Program-made: the position numbers and the translations under genes
Assembly: GCF_035084215.1 (NCBI RefSeq)
Contig: NC_090357.1
Coordinates: 8,742,001-8,806,000 of the forward strand
DNA length: 64,000 bases
Direction: 5' to 3'
Origin: Heptranchias perlo
Taxonomy: Eukaryota
Notes under the pieces: generated by a model
Seen by the model: the letters and a program-made list of their open reading frames with translations, nothing else
Databases searched by the model: none
What the model was told of the DNA's origin: nothing
Shown: positions 22,805 through 36,695 of the stretch, in pieces
How the letters are laid out: each line of letters starts with the position of its first letter
Position numbering within the stretch: position 1 is the stretch's first letter

Positions 22805-22915
22805 AGCAAGAAACTGTGGCTGCTGGAAATCTGAAATAAAAACAGAAAATACTCGGTAGCATCTGTGGAGAGAGAAACAGTTGGCGTTTCAGGTCGATGA
22901 CCTTTCATCAGAACA
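22805..22915 (-). mobile_element. Older PLE-derived repeat with a decayed hammerhead
   Basis: Minus strand GTT CTGATGA A AGGTC ATC GACCT GAAA CGCC AAC. Related degenerate palindromes at ~42340-42530, ~47280-47530, ~52940-53150. Confidence 0.65.
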
Positions 22916-25884
22916 ATCTGAACTTGGGGCAGTGTTTCCAGATGTTAATGTCTTATTGTGAATCTCTTGACAAGCCCTCACCCAATTTGGTCTCTGCTTG
23001 GTGAGATCAGGAATTCAACATTGGTTTGAATCCATGTTTTAATACACTGCTTGTATTATGATGTGGCTGACTAAGACTGGGAAATGACAAGATGGCTTGC
23101 ATCTTAAAGGGGCTTTTTCATCCCATTGGCTAATCCTTGTCCCTGGAATAGGCAAAAATATCCTACAATCAGCCACATTGGTCTCTTGTGGAAAGTTTAT
23201 GCTGTAATTGAAGTTTAGCAGCCTTTTAAATGAAAAGACTTGTTTGCTATTGTGACACAGGATTACCTGTGTATACATACTTAATATGGGACATGGGTAT
23301 AAATTATTCCCATTAAGGTATAATGCTGACCTTTTTCAGCTGTTTAAATTTGATCAGAAGGCTATTATTGTCAGTGAAAATGGAAGGGTTTTCCACCCAG
23401 AAGCTGGAAATGATGGTCTTCCAATTGTGACTGTAGTTGCCTACACTAGATGTTGTGCTCAAGATGTTACTCCTTTTATGGAGTAGGGCACAGCAGTGTA
23501 AACACGCATCATTGATGTAATTCAGGGCTCTGTTCCTTTGGATTTAAAAAAAAATTGCAATTGTTAACACTGAATTCCATTTCCAGTGCCTGTGTACACA
23601 GTCTGTAGAAATAATCGTCTTGATGGGTGAAAGTGTTTTTTCTTGCTTGATACATTATGTTCTTTTGAATTTGGTCCCTGTGTCCCTGGCTGATGGAAAT
23701 GAATCAAACCTTTAGAAGACTAGTCTACTCAATTTTTAAATGCAAAAAACAACTTTGAATCACCTAAATAGTTTGAATTAAGCAATCTAAATAACACAGT
23801 AAGTGGGAGTTTAGTGCTAAAGCAACTGAATTATCAGATCCATTTGAATTAAGGCTGTATACATGTTTGGGTAGCCAATGTATGAAGTGTTACAAAGGAT
23901 TTGTATTTAGTGGCCAACTGCTCAAAAAATTAATAAGATTTCTTCCCCCTCAAGTCTTTGTTCAGTTGATTTTATTTCTTTATAATTTTCAAATACTGTA
24001 CAATTGTTTTTTTTCTCAATCTTTTTTTCATACAAATGCAAGTGACTCTGGCTTTCATTTTAGATGGGAATTGTGGTCAAAATCTGCACAGGATGCTGCT
24101 GCAGCAACTAGAAGGGAAATTTGGAATTTAATTGACGTATCTCAGCAAATGTGCATCTAACATCAGTGAAACAAACCCATAGACTTTATCAGACCTTGCA
24201 TTCCTCATCTGGTACTATAGGAATAGTGGGGTGAAATGTTTTTTGTTTATAAAAGTCATGTCCATCATACTTCAGAACTTACATTTTATGTAAGTCACCA
24301 ACCTATTGTACAATTTTTTTAATAAAGTACAGAAAGAGAAAGAAAGCCAGTCATTTCCTGCAGTTTTTTGCTAACCTGGCTTCTCCCAAAAGAGAGGAAC
24401 CAAGCAGCTTCAATCTAGAGACATTTCCAACAGCAAGATCAATTAGCTTCTGATTGGCCTCAGGATGTACCTGTTTATAGTCAACTTCCCTACATTGGCC
24501 TTAACCTGGCCTGTTATCTAAAGCACAGATCACAAAATAAGTACAGGTGAGGACGATCATTCAGCCCATTTTAATTCCTCCATCTTAACGTCTCCCCTTT
24601 GTAACATCTAGTTGCTTAAATTATTCCAGGGATTTTGCCTCCATTACCCTAAAGTTTATTCCACACAATGTTTGCTCTTTGTGTGAAGAAGAATTTCCTG
24701 AATATCAGTCCTCAAAAGTACCTCTTGTTTGTTTGAACCTGTGGCCCATTGTTCTACTCCTGCAGTTCAATTTTAAAGTAATATTCCAAGTAAACTTTTT
24801 CCATATCCTTAACTATTGTGTACCTCTATAAAGATCACCTTTCCAGGCCCAGATCTTTCCTCATAAAACAGACCACTGACACTGTGTGGATCAGCCTTGT
24901 GACTCTTCTCTGCACTGCCTCAAGCTGTTGAATATCTCTTGTTTCTTGCTGACCAGAACTGGATGCAGTATTCAAGGTGTGGTCTGACCAGAGCACTATA
25001 TAGTTTGATCATTACCACCCCTGATTTGTCGTCTTCTGTTCTGTTGGCTGTATAGTTAACTTATAGTTAATATTAGCTTTGGTGATTGATAAACATCACA
25101 ATGTGTTCTCTGCTCCCAGACCACCTGTGAGCAAAGCATCAGAGGAGTACAACAGAATGGAAGTTTGACCAGGACATACTAGGGTTTTTATTTCAGTAAA
25201 GATCACACCCTACAGGTCTACAAAACAGTAGTAGAGTACAGTGTAATAGAAAATTTGTGGATCAGGTTAACAAATCTTTTGCATCTGAGTTGTATTTATC
25301 TTGTGTAGACTAGACCTACCAAGCAGTGAATATTTTCACTTAAAGTGTAACCTATTTTGATCATCACTGAGAAGCACAGCCTTATTGGATAAACCTTCCT
25401 CCAGTCACTAATGCAAAACAAGAAGGTCGGCATATTAAATGAGGAAACTAGCTTTATATTGATGACTGCTTTTTCACTCACTTTACTGACTGGAGGAAAA
25501 TATCTCCATATATTTAAGTTGGATTGCAATGTATATAACTCTTGGTAATCACCAGTGTTCATGCCTAACATTTCCCTGATGTGCCCCCCACCCCCTGTTC
25601 TAGTACTGTACTTGTCTTGGAAATTCAGTTCTTAAAAGTTGGAACATTGAAAATTCCTGTAGTGAGCATTAAGAATGGGGATCAAAGGGAACCAAACGTT
25701 AATCATTTGTAAGAGTTTAAACATTAATAGCTGAAGTCATTCTATAAATATGGCCACATTGGCATATTATAAATACAGCCACACAGACTGTTTATATGTA
25801 CAGTACAACACAGCAAAGATCTTCTCTAGGAAGAGTACTTGTCAGGATGGGGCCATTTTAGTAATTCATCAAGTTTCTGGCTTC

Positions 25885-26205
25885 CACAGCTTATCCCCAT
25901 TGGTAGTACACTCACCACCTTTTTAAATCAGAAGGTTGGGGGTACAAGTCCCACTCGAGCACGTGTAAAGGATCCCATGGCACTTTTTTTTGAAGAGGAG
26001 CAGAGTCCTCTGGGTCTTTCAACCAACACCACCAAAACAGATTTTATCTCATTGCTGTTTGTTGGACTTGCTGTGTGCCAATTGGCTACTGCGTTTGCCT
26101 ACAGAACAATAGTAACTACACTTTAAAAGTACTTAATTGGCTGTGAAACACTTTGGGACATCCTGAGCGTGTGAAAGGTACTATGTGAATGCAAGTCTTT
26201 CTTTC
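25885..26205 (+). mobile_element. DeuSINE-like SINE, internally deleted
   Basis: Head, partial core and tail match the family. Confidence 0.65.
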
Positions 26206-26488
26206 ACATGACATAGAATTAATTTCTGATGCTTTAAATACAAATCTTGCCCTTACAGGCAACACTTTTTTGACAATGAGATTGCTTTTGTTAGGTTTTG
26301 ACTGAAAATTTGCACAAAATCTGCATGTAGTGTCAAATTTTGACTGATAACAGACCTTTTACTATGTTAAAGGTGCTATATAAATGCAAAATTGTGTGTG
26401 TGCATTGTACTTAGTTCAGTTAAGTTTAATAATTGTTCCTTAACTGTTCCAACTCTGCTTCTGCCACAGGATTACTTAACTGATAAAC

Positions 26489-26668
26489 ATGTCCAACCAG
26501 GGACCCGCTTTTGGACTTAGTAGGGACGTTCGGAGAAGGATCGAGCAGAAGTATGAACCTGATCTGGAGGAGCGGCTAGTGGAGTGGATCATTGCTCAGT
26601 GTGGGGCAAAAGTGGGCCGACCTGAGCCAGGGAGATCGGGTTTCCAACTTTGGCTTAAGGATGGCACG
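26489..26668 (+). CDS. TAGLN: Transgelin (SM22-alpha) coding exon 1
   Basis: MSNQGPAFGLSRDVRRRIEQKYEPDLEERLVEWIIAQC...WLKDGT; acceptor CAG at 26469, donor GTGAGT at 26669; 180 nt. Confidence 0.96.
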
Positions 26669-27429
26669 GTGAGTACTCAATTAAAGGAATGGGCTTACAG
26701 ATCATTAGAGGACCAATTGGTCTGAGTTTGAGGCTGTAGAGGACACTGAAAGCAATCTCTTCCCATGTAATATATTTTCATGACCAAGGCTGTCTTTTTG
26801 AACCTTGCCTGGTCCCATGGTTTGGTTCCATTTTTCAATGAAAATGAAATGCTATAGAGTATTCAGTATGTTTTATAATTTCTCTGGTAATGTAGTAAAG
26901 GAAACTGGAATAAACCATCTGATTATGCCCCTTAGGGGATCCACTAGAGTTGATAGATCTTTCACTAGTTTCAAATTGACACTTCCCCTTTGCTGCTTGG
27001 GGAATTTTGAATGTAAACCCACATGCTAAACTGCATAATCCACACTCTATCAAACTTACCTTGTAACAGGGTATAGTCCTCCTTTATTGGTAATAAGTAG
27101 TAAGTTTGTCATGTGTTTAGTCTTTAACACCCATCAATCATAATTGTGGATTTCCTAGTGGTATTTTTGTGCTGCATGTATTTGTTAATCTCTTCTGTAA
27201 TAAACCAGTTAATCAGCACCTCTGTGCAGTGATGTCTGTGTGTCACTTTGCTAGTAGCTATTGAAAATGACACAACTGATAACTTTTGAAATGGCTGCTT
27301 GCTGTAGCTGCCCTGGGAGTGATTCACTGTCCCATCAATCACTCCCAGGGCAGGTACAGCACTAGTTAGATACAGAGTAAAGCTCCTTCTACACTGTCTG
27401 ATCAAATACTCCCAGGGCAGGTACAGTGC

Positions 27430-28355
27430 TTGAGCCTCAGCAATTTACAATCTATATCAATGACTTGGATGAGAGGACTGAGTAATGTATCCATGTTTGC
27501 TGACAATACAAAGCTAGTTGGGAAAGTAAGCTATGAGTAAGGCACAAAGGGATATAGTCAGGTTAAGAATTGGGCAAGAAGGTGGCAGATGAATTATAAT
27601 GTGGGGAAATGTGAATTTATCCATTTTGGTAGGAAGAATAGAAAAGCAGAATTTTTTTTAAAAGTGAGACTAGTAAATGTTGGTATTCAGAGGGATTTGG
27701 GTGTCCTTGTACACATCACAAAGTTAACCTGCAGATACAGCAAGCAATTAGGAAAGCAAATGGTATGGTAGGGGGTTGGAGTATGAGTAAGTCTTGCTGC
27801 AATTATGCAGGGCTTTGGTGAGACCACACCTGGAGTGCTGTGTACAGATTTGGTCTCCTTATCTAAGGAAGGATATACTTGCCTTAGAGGGTGTAACAAA
27901 GGATCACTGGATTGATTCCTGGGAAAAGAGTTCTCCTATGAAGAGAGATTGAGTAGAAAGGGCCTATACTCTCTGGAGTTTAGAATGAGAGGTGATTTCA
28001 TTGAAACGTATAAGATTCTGAGAGGGCTTGACAGGGTAGCGGCTGTTTCTCCTGACGGGAGTCTTAAACTAGGGGTCACAGTCTCAGGATAAGGGGTCGG
28101 CCATTTAGGACCGAGATGAGAATTTCTTCACTGAGGGTTGTGAATCTTTGGAATTCTCTACTCCAGAGGGCTGTGGATGCTCACCCATTGAGTATATTCA
28201 AGACTGAGATCGATGGATATTTGGACACTAAGGGAATCAATGGATATGGGGATAGGGTAGGAAAGTGGAGTTGAGGTAGAAGATCAGCCACTGTCTTAAA
28301 GGGCGGAGCAGGCTCGAGAGGCCGTATGGCCTACTCCTGCTCCTATTTCTTATGT
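27430..28355 (+). mobile_element. CR1 LINE 3' fragment (degenerate)
   Basis: RT-end motifs (FADNTK, KCEFIHFGRKN, QRDLGVLV) and CR1 3'UTR. Confidence 0.85.
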
Positions 28356-28805
28356 TTGCTATTTCCTATCTGACCTCTGCAGTTTGTGATCTGCCCCCAC
28401 TATCAGGTGTGACCCAGCCCCAACCCAACTCCTACTGAAGCTGAAATACTTCAGACCATATATGCAATTATCATTCAGCCCAAATGGCCTCCCTAAGCAT
28501 AGAGTACATAATTGGCAAACTACTCGAGTGCACACTGCAAATCAGGTCATGCAAATATTACTACTATAAAGGAAATTACATAATCATATACTACAATATT
28601 TAATCTTTTGTATGTCTTTCTGGACTCAAACTATGTCTAGCTCTTGTGTTAGTCATAATAAACATGTAGGCAACTAATCTAAAGATTCCCACCATTGACA
28701 AGAATATATGGGATTAGATCCTCTATGCGATGGAATTTGAATTTGGGGTCTGGCACTCCATAATTTCCTTGCACCCATTCCAGTGGAATGGAGGGTTCCA
28801 TGTAA

Positions 28806-29093
<288 letters not shown>

Positions 29094-29734
29094 TGAAGTC
29101 AGGGCTTCCATTTTATTTTTGTGGCTATCTTAGTGACAGTGTAGAAGTTTTTCACAGCCAAATATCCTAATTGACACCATGTGCTGGCGTCTGCAATGTT
29201 TTTCTGGGTATCAACAACGGCAGTCCTGACTGAAGCCAAATTCAGACATAACTGTTTACAGTACATTCTCACCTTATCTACATCTCTCTTCCATTTTAAG
29301 TGATAACAATGGGGACATTTATAAGTGGCCTGATCCTGTTGACACTCAATGCCTAGGCCTACACACGAATAATGACCCGTTGTGTTGTGATGAGCAGACA
29401 GGGTCCTGATTCCCAGCATGGAGTCAATGTCCTTGGGAGAGTAGGAAGGAATTTGGGGGGGGGGAAATTCAGGGAAGAAAAAATGCTGCACAAAGTTGAG
29501 TACCTGGGCTGAACAACCTATATTTGAATCAACAAATATAGAAAATAATTAATATAAAGAAGGGGAAAAATCAGGCAGCAGTGATATCCCAAATTAGTGA
29601 CAGTACACAAATCTCATTGTGGAAAATGTAGAACTCTTGACATTATTTTCTTTGTTTGCTGTTGCAATGCACATGGATCCCACAGTGTAGGACATATGCC
29701 ACATGCTACAATAACAGACAGTGAAGGCACTTAA

Positions 29735-29857
<123 letters not shown>

Positions 29858-31273
29858 TGAGTAGGACAAGCGTCCATACAATAGTCAACCAGTACAGGCA
29901 TGTTGCCTTGACAGCTGTAACCCACATAAATGACTGGTTGAGAGAACCAATATTTGACTAACTGCTTGAAGTGCATTCTCCATGAGTGTGGAAGTAGTGG
30001 AGCTTGTGGGATTTGTGACCAACTATATCCCTCCTGAATTATGATGGGACTTTGAATGGAATAAATGACACCACTGCATCTTGATGTCTGCTTTAATCGA
30101 GATGAGGCATTTTGAGAAGTGTTGCAGTGAAAATCTTTTGATTGAATGGCTTGGTAAATTATTCCATAAATGCTACACGACGGGTTCACAGATTGCCCAA
30201 ATAAACACTTGCATGCGCTGTTTGCACCACAAAGCAGGGAGCAGGTTACCAGTTTTTTTCACGTAAACTAAAGCTTGTACCATACAGACCCCCTTTCTCC
30301 CCCATCCCCCCACCTTGTAGCACATAAATCTATTTCACATTTTAAAAGCAAACTTTCACTTTGCCTCTCTGGAATGCTGACACTTCCACATCACTGCATT
30401 AATCTGCTAAAAATATTCCAGAAGTCTAATTTAATTCATTAGGGGTCACTGGTCACCTTCAAATTAATTTTTTTATTCACACCAGTTACTGACTGGGAAA
30501 CTTTAATATATTCCAGGATATCAACCAGGCCTGTTACAAAATGTTCCTTGCAAGTGCAAACTTGTAGATTGACATAAGACAATTACAGTTTTTTAATAAA
30601 TAATATGGTTTGACATATCACTTGTATTGTGTATTCTTTGTCACATGCATTTCTGATTGCTGCCAGGAACAGAGGCCTGTCTTGGGTTTAAAAATAAGAT
30701 TTAAAAACTAGCCCAGGGACAACTAAAAAGTGTGTGTGTGTGTGTATATATAGACTGCATTCCATGGACTCACAGTGTGGCTTTTGTACACTGTGTAGAG
30801 GAGTCAGCCAGAACTGTGTTCAGCCTAATTAATCCAACAATACTAACACAGGGCCACAATTAATCTTGTCCCCCTCATTAGTGTGCCACCCAGGAATTTA
30901 CAGCCTTTCCAGCATATCCAGTCTGACACTCTTTGCCATTTTATGAAAACAATGTAAAAATGACTGAACTCTAAATTGTTATTTTTCCATTTTTTGGAAG
31001 ATTTTTAAATGGCATAAATCTTTAATGGAAGGTCCCTATGTGAGTGATCCAACACACCAGTCTTACTCAAAAGTGAATTGGAAAGGAAACATTTGCAGGG
31101 CTATGGGGAAAAAGCAGAGGAGTGGGACTAATTGGATAGCTTGCTCAAAAGAGCAGGCATGATGGGCCAAATGGCCTCCATCTGTGCTGTATGATTCTGA
31201 TGCCTTAGCACAATTCTAAATTGTGTTGGAAAAATTCTATCTCTTACACCATGATGCTAATCTATGACAATAG

Positions 31274-31456
<183 letters not shown>

Positions 31457-32843
31457 GAACAAAAAAAAAATTTATTGAACTCTAAAGCATGATTTTACCA
31501 TTTCAAAGTCAACAGAAAAAGTCTAAACAGCTCATAACTCTAACAAAATCTTCAACGAAGTCAACTGTTTGTGTGATAGACAGGTAGTGGTTATTTATTA
31601 TTTGGCAGTTTAAAAAGAGAAATGTTTTTAAAAGTCTTACAATGCTTTGTTTTTATTCCCCTCTGATAGGGGCTATAATTTGGAATGATTGCAAGACAAA
31701 ATGTACGTAACATTTCCTCCAGTACCTGGATCTTTCCATCACAAAATTATTCCTTTCATTAAAGATTACTGCTTTTAAGAATATATACTCAATGATGGCT
31801 GCTAAGGACTGCATGTCACGTTGCTAACTTGTAATTTCGACCATCTTTGTGGAATTGTGCAGGTGTATTACAGCATGTTGGCAAGGCTTAGTGTTCGTAT
31901 GGCTTAACCAGTCTGCTTGACATTGCTTTTAGTGTTTTTAACTTTTTTGTCACTGTCAATCTACCTAGTTAGTGTACATTTAGAAAAATAAATATGAAAG
32001 TAGTCAAATCATTTGAAAGACAACTTTGGAATAATTGAGCAGAGCATTGTTTTTTTTTAAAAAGACCACTATACAGAATTGAATGCTTTGTGTTGAACAA
32101 AGGAATTCTCCAGGAATTCAAAGGGAACATGTGAAATGAATATTGTCATTCCAATGACATTCCTTTTTTTTATTAAAACTTATTTTGCTGCTCACCTTGT
32201 GTTGCATTACCTTCACAAAATTCACTCTCCTGTTATATACACGGCACTGACGCTGTGGGGGAGAGGGCTGCACTAAATGACGTCTGATTCTGGAATAGGA
32301 TACTTTAAAATGAACAACTGGTGTTTCTGAAGGAAAATGCAAAATAGGTTTTTGGAATCTTAGCTGTCAGAATATCTTATCCCTTTTTTTAAATGAAGAC
32401 ATTGATCAAAGACTAATCTGACTCCGTTTACTTGCTGGTAAACTTGGATTTCCAAAGCATTATCCAAAATTTACCATCAGAAGTAAATTTTTTTTTTTAG
32501 AAATAACGTGCACAAGAAGATTAACTAAAATAATCATTTGCAACGCTGCAACTCTGATGCTAAGCAACGACTGTCTCTATGCTGAGAGCCAATAATTGGC
32601 TATGGTTAATGGGGTTAATCCATAATATTTTTAGCAAGTTGTCTTATGGGAAGTACTCATCTGTGATCAGCTTAAGCTCAAGTTTCTGAAACACATGTAC
32701 AAAAATGTTCCTGCTGAGAATTACTGCTTTGTTTTGAGTATGTTGTACATTAATTTTTGTAAAAACAAGATCATCTGAATAGTTTTAGTCCTACATTTTG
32801 TACATTCATTTTTGTTTTTGTCAGTTGAAACCATAACAACTTA

Positions 32844-32849
32844 AATAAA
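32844..32849 (+). terminator. TAGLN: Candidate TAGLN poly(A) signal (alternative at 31987-31992)
   Basis: AATAAA at the end of a repeat-free AU-rich tract, with several upstream TGTA motifs and downstream GT-rich sequence. Confidence 0.5.
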
Positions 32850-33054
32850 TTTGAGATGGAGAGCGGTCAGCATCTTGTGGAGCTGTGACTCAGTCAGTGT
32901 CTTGCTATATACAAGTGTTGTTTCCTTTCTTAAATTTATTCTTGGGATGGGGGCAAGGCTGCATATATTGACCATCCCTCCAGTGGAGTGTGTAGAAGTA
33001 CTTATGGCATTAGGGAGAGCCACTTAGCACCAATGCCAGCTAATAGCAGCATCA

Positions 33055-33465
33055 TTAAAGAAAGAACTTGCATTTCACAACCTCAGGACTTCCAAAAACA
33101 TTTTACAGTTAATGAAGTATTTTTGCAATATAGTCATTGTTGTAATGTAGAAAATGCAGCAGCCAATTTGTGCACAGCAAGATCCCACATAGTAATGAGA
33201 TAATCACCAGATCGTTTGTGATGTTGGTTGAGGGATAAATAGCAGCCAGGAGAACTGTTCTGCTCTTTGAAATAGTGCCATGGAATCTTTTACCTGACAG
33301 GGCAAATGGTGCTTTGTTTTAATGGCTTATCTGAAAGACGACACCTCTGACCGTGTAGCACTCCCTCAGTACTGCAAAGTGTCAGCCTAGATTATGTTCT
33401 CAAGTCTCTACAGTGGGACTCCAATCCACAGGCAAGATTGCTACCACTGAGCTAAGGCTAACACT
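33055..33465 (-). mobile_element. DeuSINE-like SINE
   Basis: Reverse complement of the family. Confidence 0.7.
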
Positions 33466-35819
33466 AAGACTGCATCAAAGAAAAGTCATTAAGAAACTCC
33501 TTTTCTAAAATCCATTCACATAAACAGATTTGTCTAAGTTTGTAAGCTTGCAAGTTGGTACAGTAGTGAGGAAACTGCATTTACCTGCTACTATGGGAAG
33601 TGGAGAGCAGCCTTGACATGGAAGAAAGGACAATATTTGAATATCCAAGGAGCAAGGTGATTGTGTACCATCTTGTTCAGTCCTCATAATGCCAGCAGGA
33701 GGAGGCAGTGAGAAAGCTGTGCACCTATTCCTCATAGGAAAGGAGTGAAAGGCAGCAGGCGACCACACAGCGTTGCTTTTGACTGACATTAGCTGGATAT
33801 GATGATTAGTACGAGACATTCCTGCCCAAATACACTCCCACGTGCAGATAAGGCTCTGGCGAAGGCAGTTTATCTTCTCAACTGGGAGTCTTGCATTTGA
33901 ACTTCTCCAGTTGAATGCACCATAGGAAGAGGGACGCTGTGAGTAATTACTTTTGCATCATGTGTTAGGAATGGAATACCTTTCCTTTTCAGGTCCCGGT
34001 GTCAGCATCAAGCACTCTCAGATTAGGTATAGAATATCCAGGTACAAAGTGAAACTCCATCCACAGTGCTCCAACAGTTTAATGTGTCCCTAACCTCAGG
34101 AATATTTTCTGTTGCACACTTGTGTGGCATTTGCAAATTCAATACCAACCGTCAATCAAGTGAGATTGCCAATTAGCGTCAGATAAGGAACAATTGTGAG
34201 TTGAGGGCTGCGTAGAGACTGTCCAAACTCATTACACTCATTACAACTAACGGATATTCTGATCCAGTTGGCCTGAGCTATCAGTCCTCAAAAATTCTTT
34301 ACCCCACCCTGCATTACCTGTTTACCTACAGTTTCTTGTAGAAATGTTTACTCATATAATGCATGACACCCATCCACCCTTAGAAAGCACAGTCATGACT
34401 TTAATATAATCATATAGCACTATTATAGTAAAAAAAAATTCAATGCATTGTCTTCCAGATAATTTCTGGTGTTTTAGCTTTTTACTGATGGAACAAATTA
34501 TTTTGAAAAAATAATCAATAGAAATGCTCAATTGAACATTCGGCTTGTCTCAGTTGGTAGAACATTCACTTTTTGATTTGAGCCCCATACCTGGTTTTGA
34601 GTTGATTGGTTAAACATGGTCAGAGCTGCTATTCTGCAGATGAAATGTTAAGTTGAGGTTCAGGTGGATATTCCCCTGGCGATTGAGAGATCAGCAAGTT
34701 CACCCAGTGTTATGGCCAACAGTCTTTCCTCAACCAGTATCATAAATAAAACATTAACTAGCCATTCAGTTTATTGCTGATTACAGGATCCTGCTGTACA
34801 TAAAATCTGTTCCATATTTGCCTATATAATAACCTCTGCACTTTAATTTATTGTTTAGTACTTTCAGATGTTTGAGACACAAGACAGTGATAAATAGATA
34901 TGTAAATTAACAATGCATACAAAAACATTCTTAACCCAGAAGTTAAAAATGTTCAAAACTTGTCTTACCTGTATTTATTTGCTTAATAATAATTGTAGTA
35001 ATTAAAGGTGGGGCTGGGATAGCTGTTTCATCAACTTTACCTCAAGGGATGCAAAACACATGCCTGCAGAATAGCAGAACCTTGATTAGCCCATTGATGG
35101 TTTTACTTTGTATAGACGCAATCTGCCATCAACCAAGACAAGACACTGTAATGAGAGATCAGGGTCTAAATATACTGGGGATATTTAGTGCAGCTGCTGT
35201 ACTTATAGTGGTGGCAATTCCACTGAAAATGTTCTGGATAAATCCAATGTCCTTTGCAGATACTCCTTTGCTCCATTTGCGTTCCACTTTCAAACTCTCT
35301 ACCCATTTATACCGTGTATGTGATACAAGACTGAGATCAAGACGGTCACAAGCATAGCTGGAAAACTCATCCCCCCCGGATTCTGGTTTCAAAACTGCAA
35401 AAGTAGATTTTGGAAATTTGAGTTGGTTACACTAGTATTGTTAATGGAAAAAACCCAGGTCCACTGTGAACAAAACCAGCAAGATTGAAGAGCGTAAAAG
35501 AGAAGGAAAGACAGAGCGAGGTAAGCAGCTCTATAGTTTTCAGTTCTTAGAAAGAATGAGATAGAATAGGAGACAATGTGATGAGTCTTGATTTCGACAC
35601 AGCGAGGAAGTGGGGAAGAGTGTGTAGGAATTTGAACTTAGAAGGTACAAAAAAGGAAAGTTAAGGGGAATACTGACCATGAAGGTCATGATAAAATGGA
35701 AACAGGAAAGATTGCAGCAGAGAGAGAAGTTGGAGGGTAGAAGTAAGAAAGTGATGAACTATCAGACTACAAGAACCTCCCCAGATATGGAAGTAGTAAT
35801 CAAGGCTTGGAAAAATTTA

Positions 35820-36695
35820 GGGGGGGTAATTTTAGCCCAGAGCCAGAAAGAGGATGGGGGGGGGGGGTGTTGGGGGGTTCGAATTGCAGACAGGAAGCCT
35901 GGAAGTATGGGTTTCCTGGATGTCCTTATGATTTTGACGTAAGAACGTCTTTTTTTATTACGGTTTCTCGCCCGACAGGCCGGCCTGATTGACAGGCTGG
36001 TCTCAGTCGGACAGGAGAAGAGCAAGGAAAAGGTAAGTGTTCAGGTAAGATTGGATGGGTGGGAGTGGGGGGAGGGATGGGGGCATCAGCAGCATAGGAG
36101 CATCGGCAAGCATAGGGGCACAGGGTCAGCAGAGGGGAGTTAGGCACAGGGGGGTCAGTTATCAGGGGTGAGTCATCAGGGGGAGTTAGTCATCGGGGAT
36201 CTGTCATCGGGAGGGGATCAGGGGCCAGATACCAAGGAGCAGGGTCGGGATCGGGGATCATTGCAGAGGTTGTGATTGTTGGGGGGGGGGAATCGGGAAT
36301 CGCGATCGTTTGTGGGGGGGGGTGGGGGTCGCTGCAGATAGGCATGTTGGGCCTGGGGGAAGCACTCCTGCTCCTCCGGGCCCACAAGCTGTGCTATAAA
36401 GGCACTTGCCTGCAGTTTCAGGCCTTCTCTCCTCCTCTCACGCAACGTGAAGGAGAAGGTCCGGGAATCACGGCCCCCAGTGGCTAAAATCACAAAACCT
36501 GAAAAAATGGAGGCCCACAGCATCCTTGAAAGGATTTAGTGACCAACCCACCTCCTGAGACCGGGTTGGTTTCCCGCCCCTCATCCTGCCTCCTGTGAAA
36601 ATGGGTGGGTTGGGGGCGGGTTTGAAATTGTTGCAATTTTTAATGCCCCCTCCCTGCCCCCAACCCACCTGTTTTTCCTGGCTAAAATCATGCCC
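35820..36695. mobile_element. Non-autonomous DNA transposon (PIF/Harbinger-like MITE) with G-rich interior
   Basis: Imperfect TIRs GGGGTAATTTTAGCC and GGCTAAAATCATGCCC; TTA on the left flank; no transposase. Confidence 0.65.
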
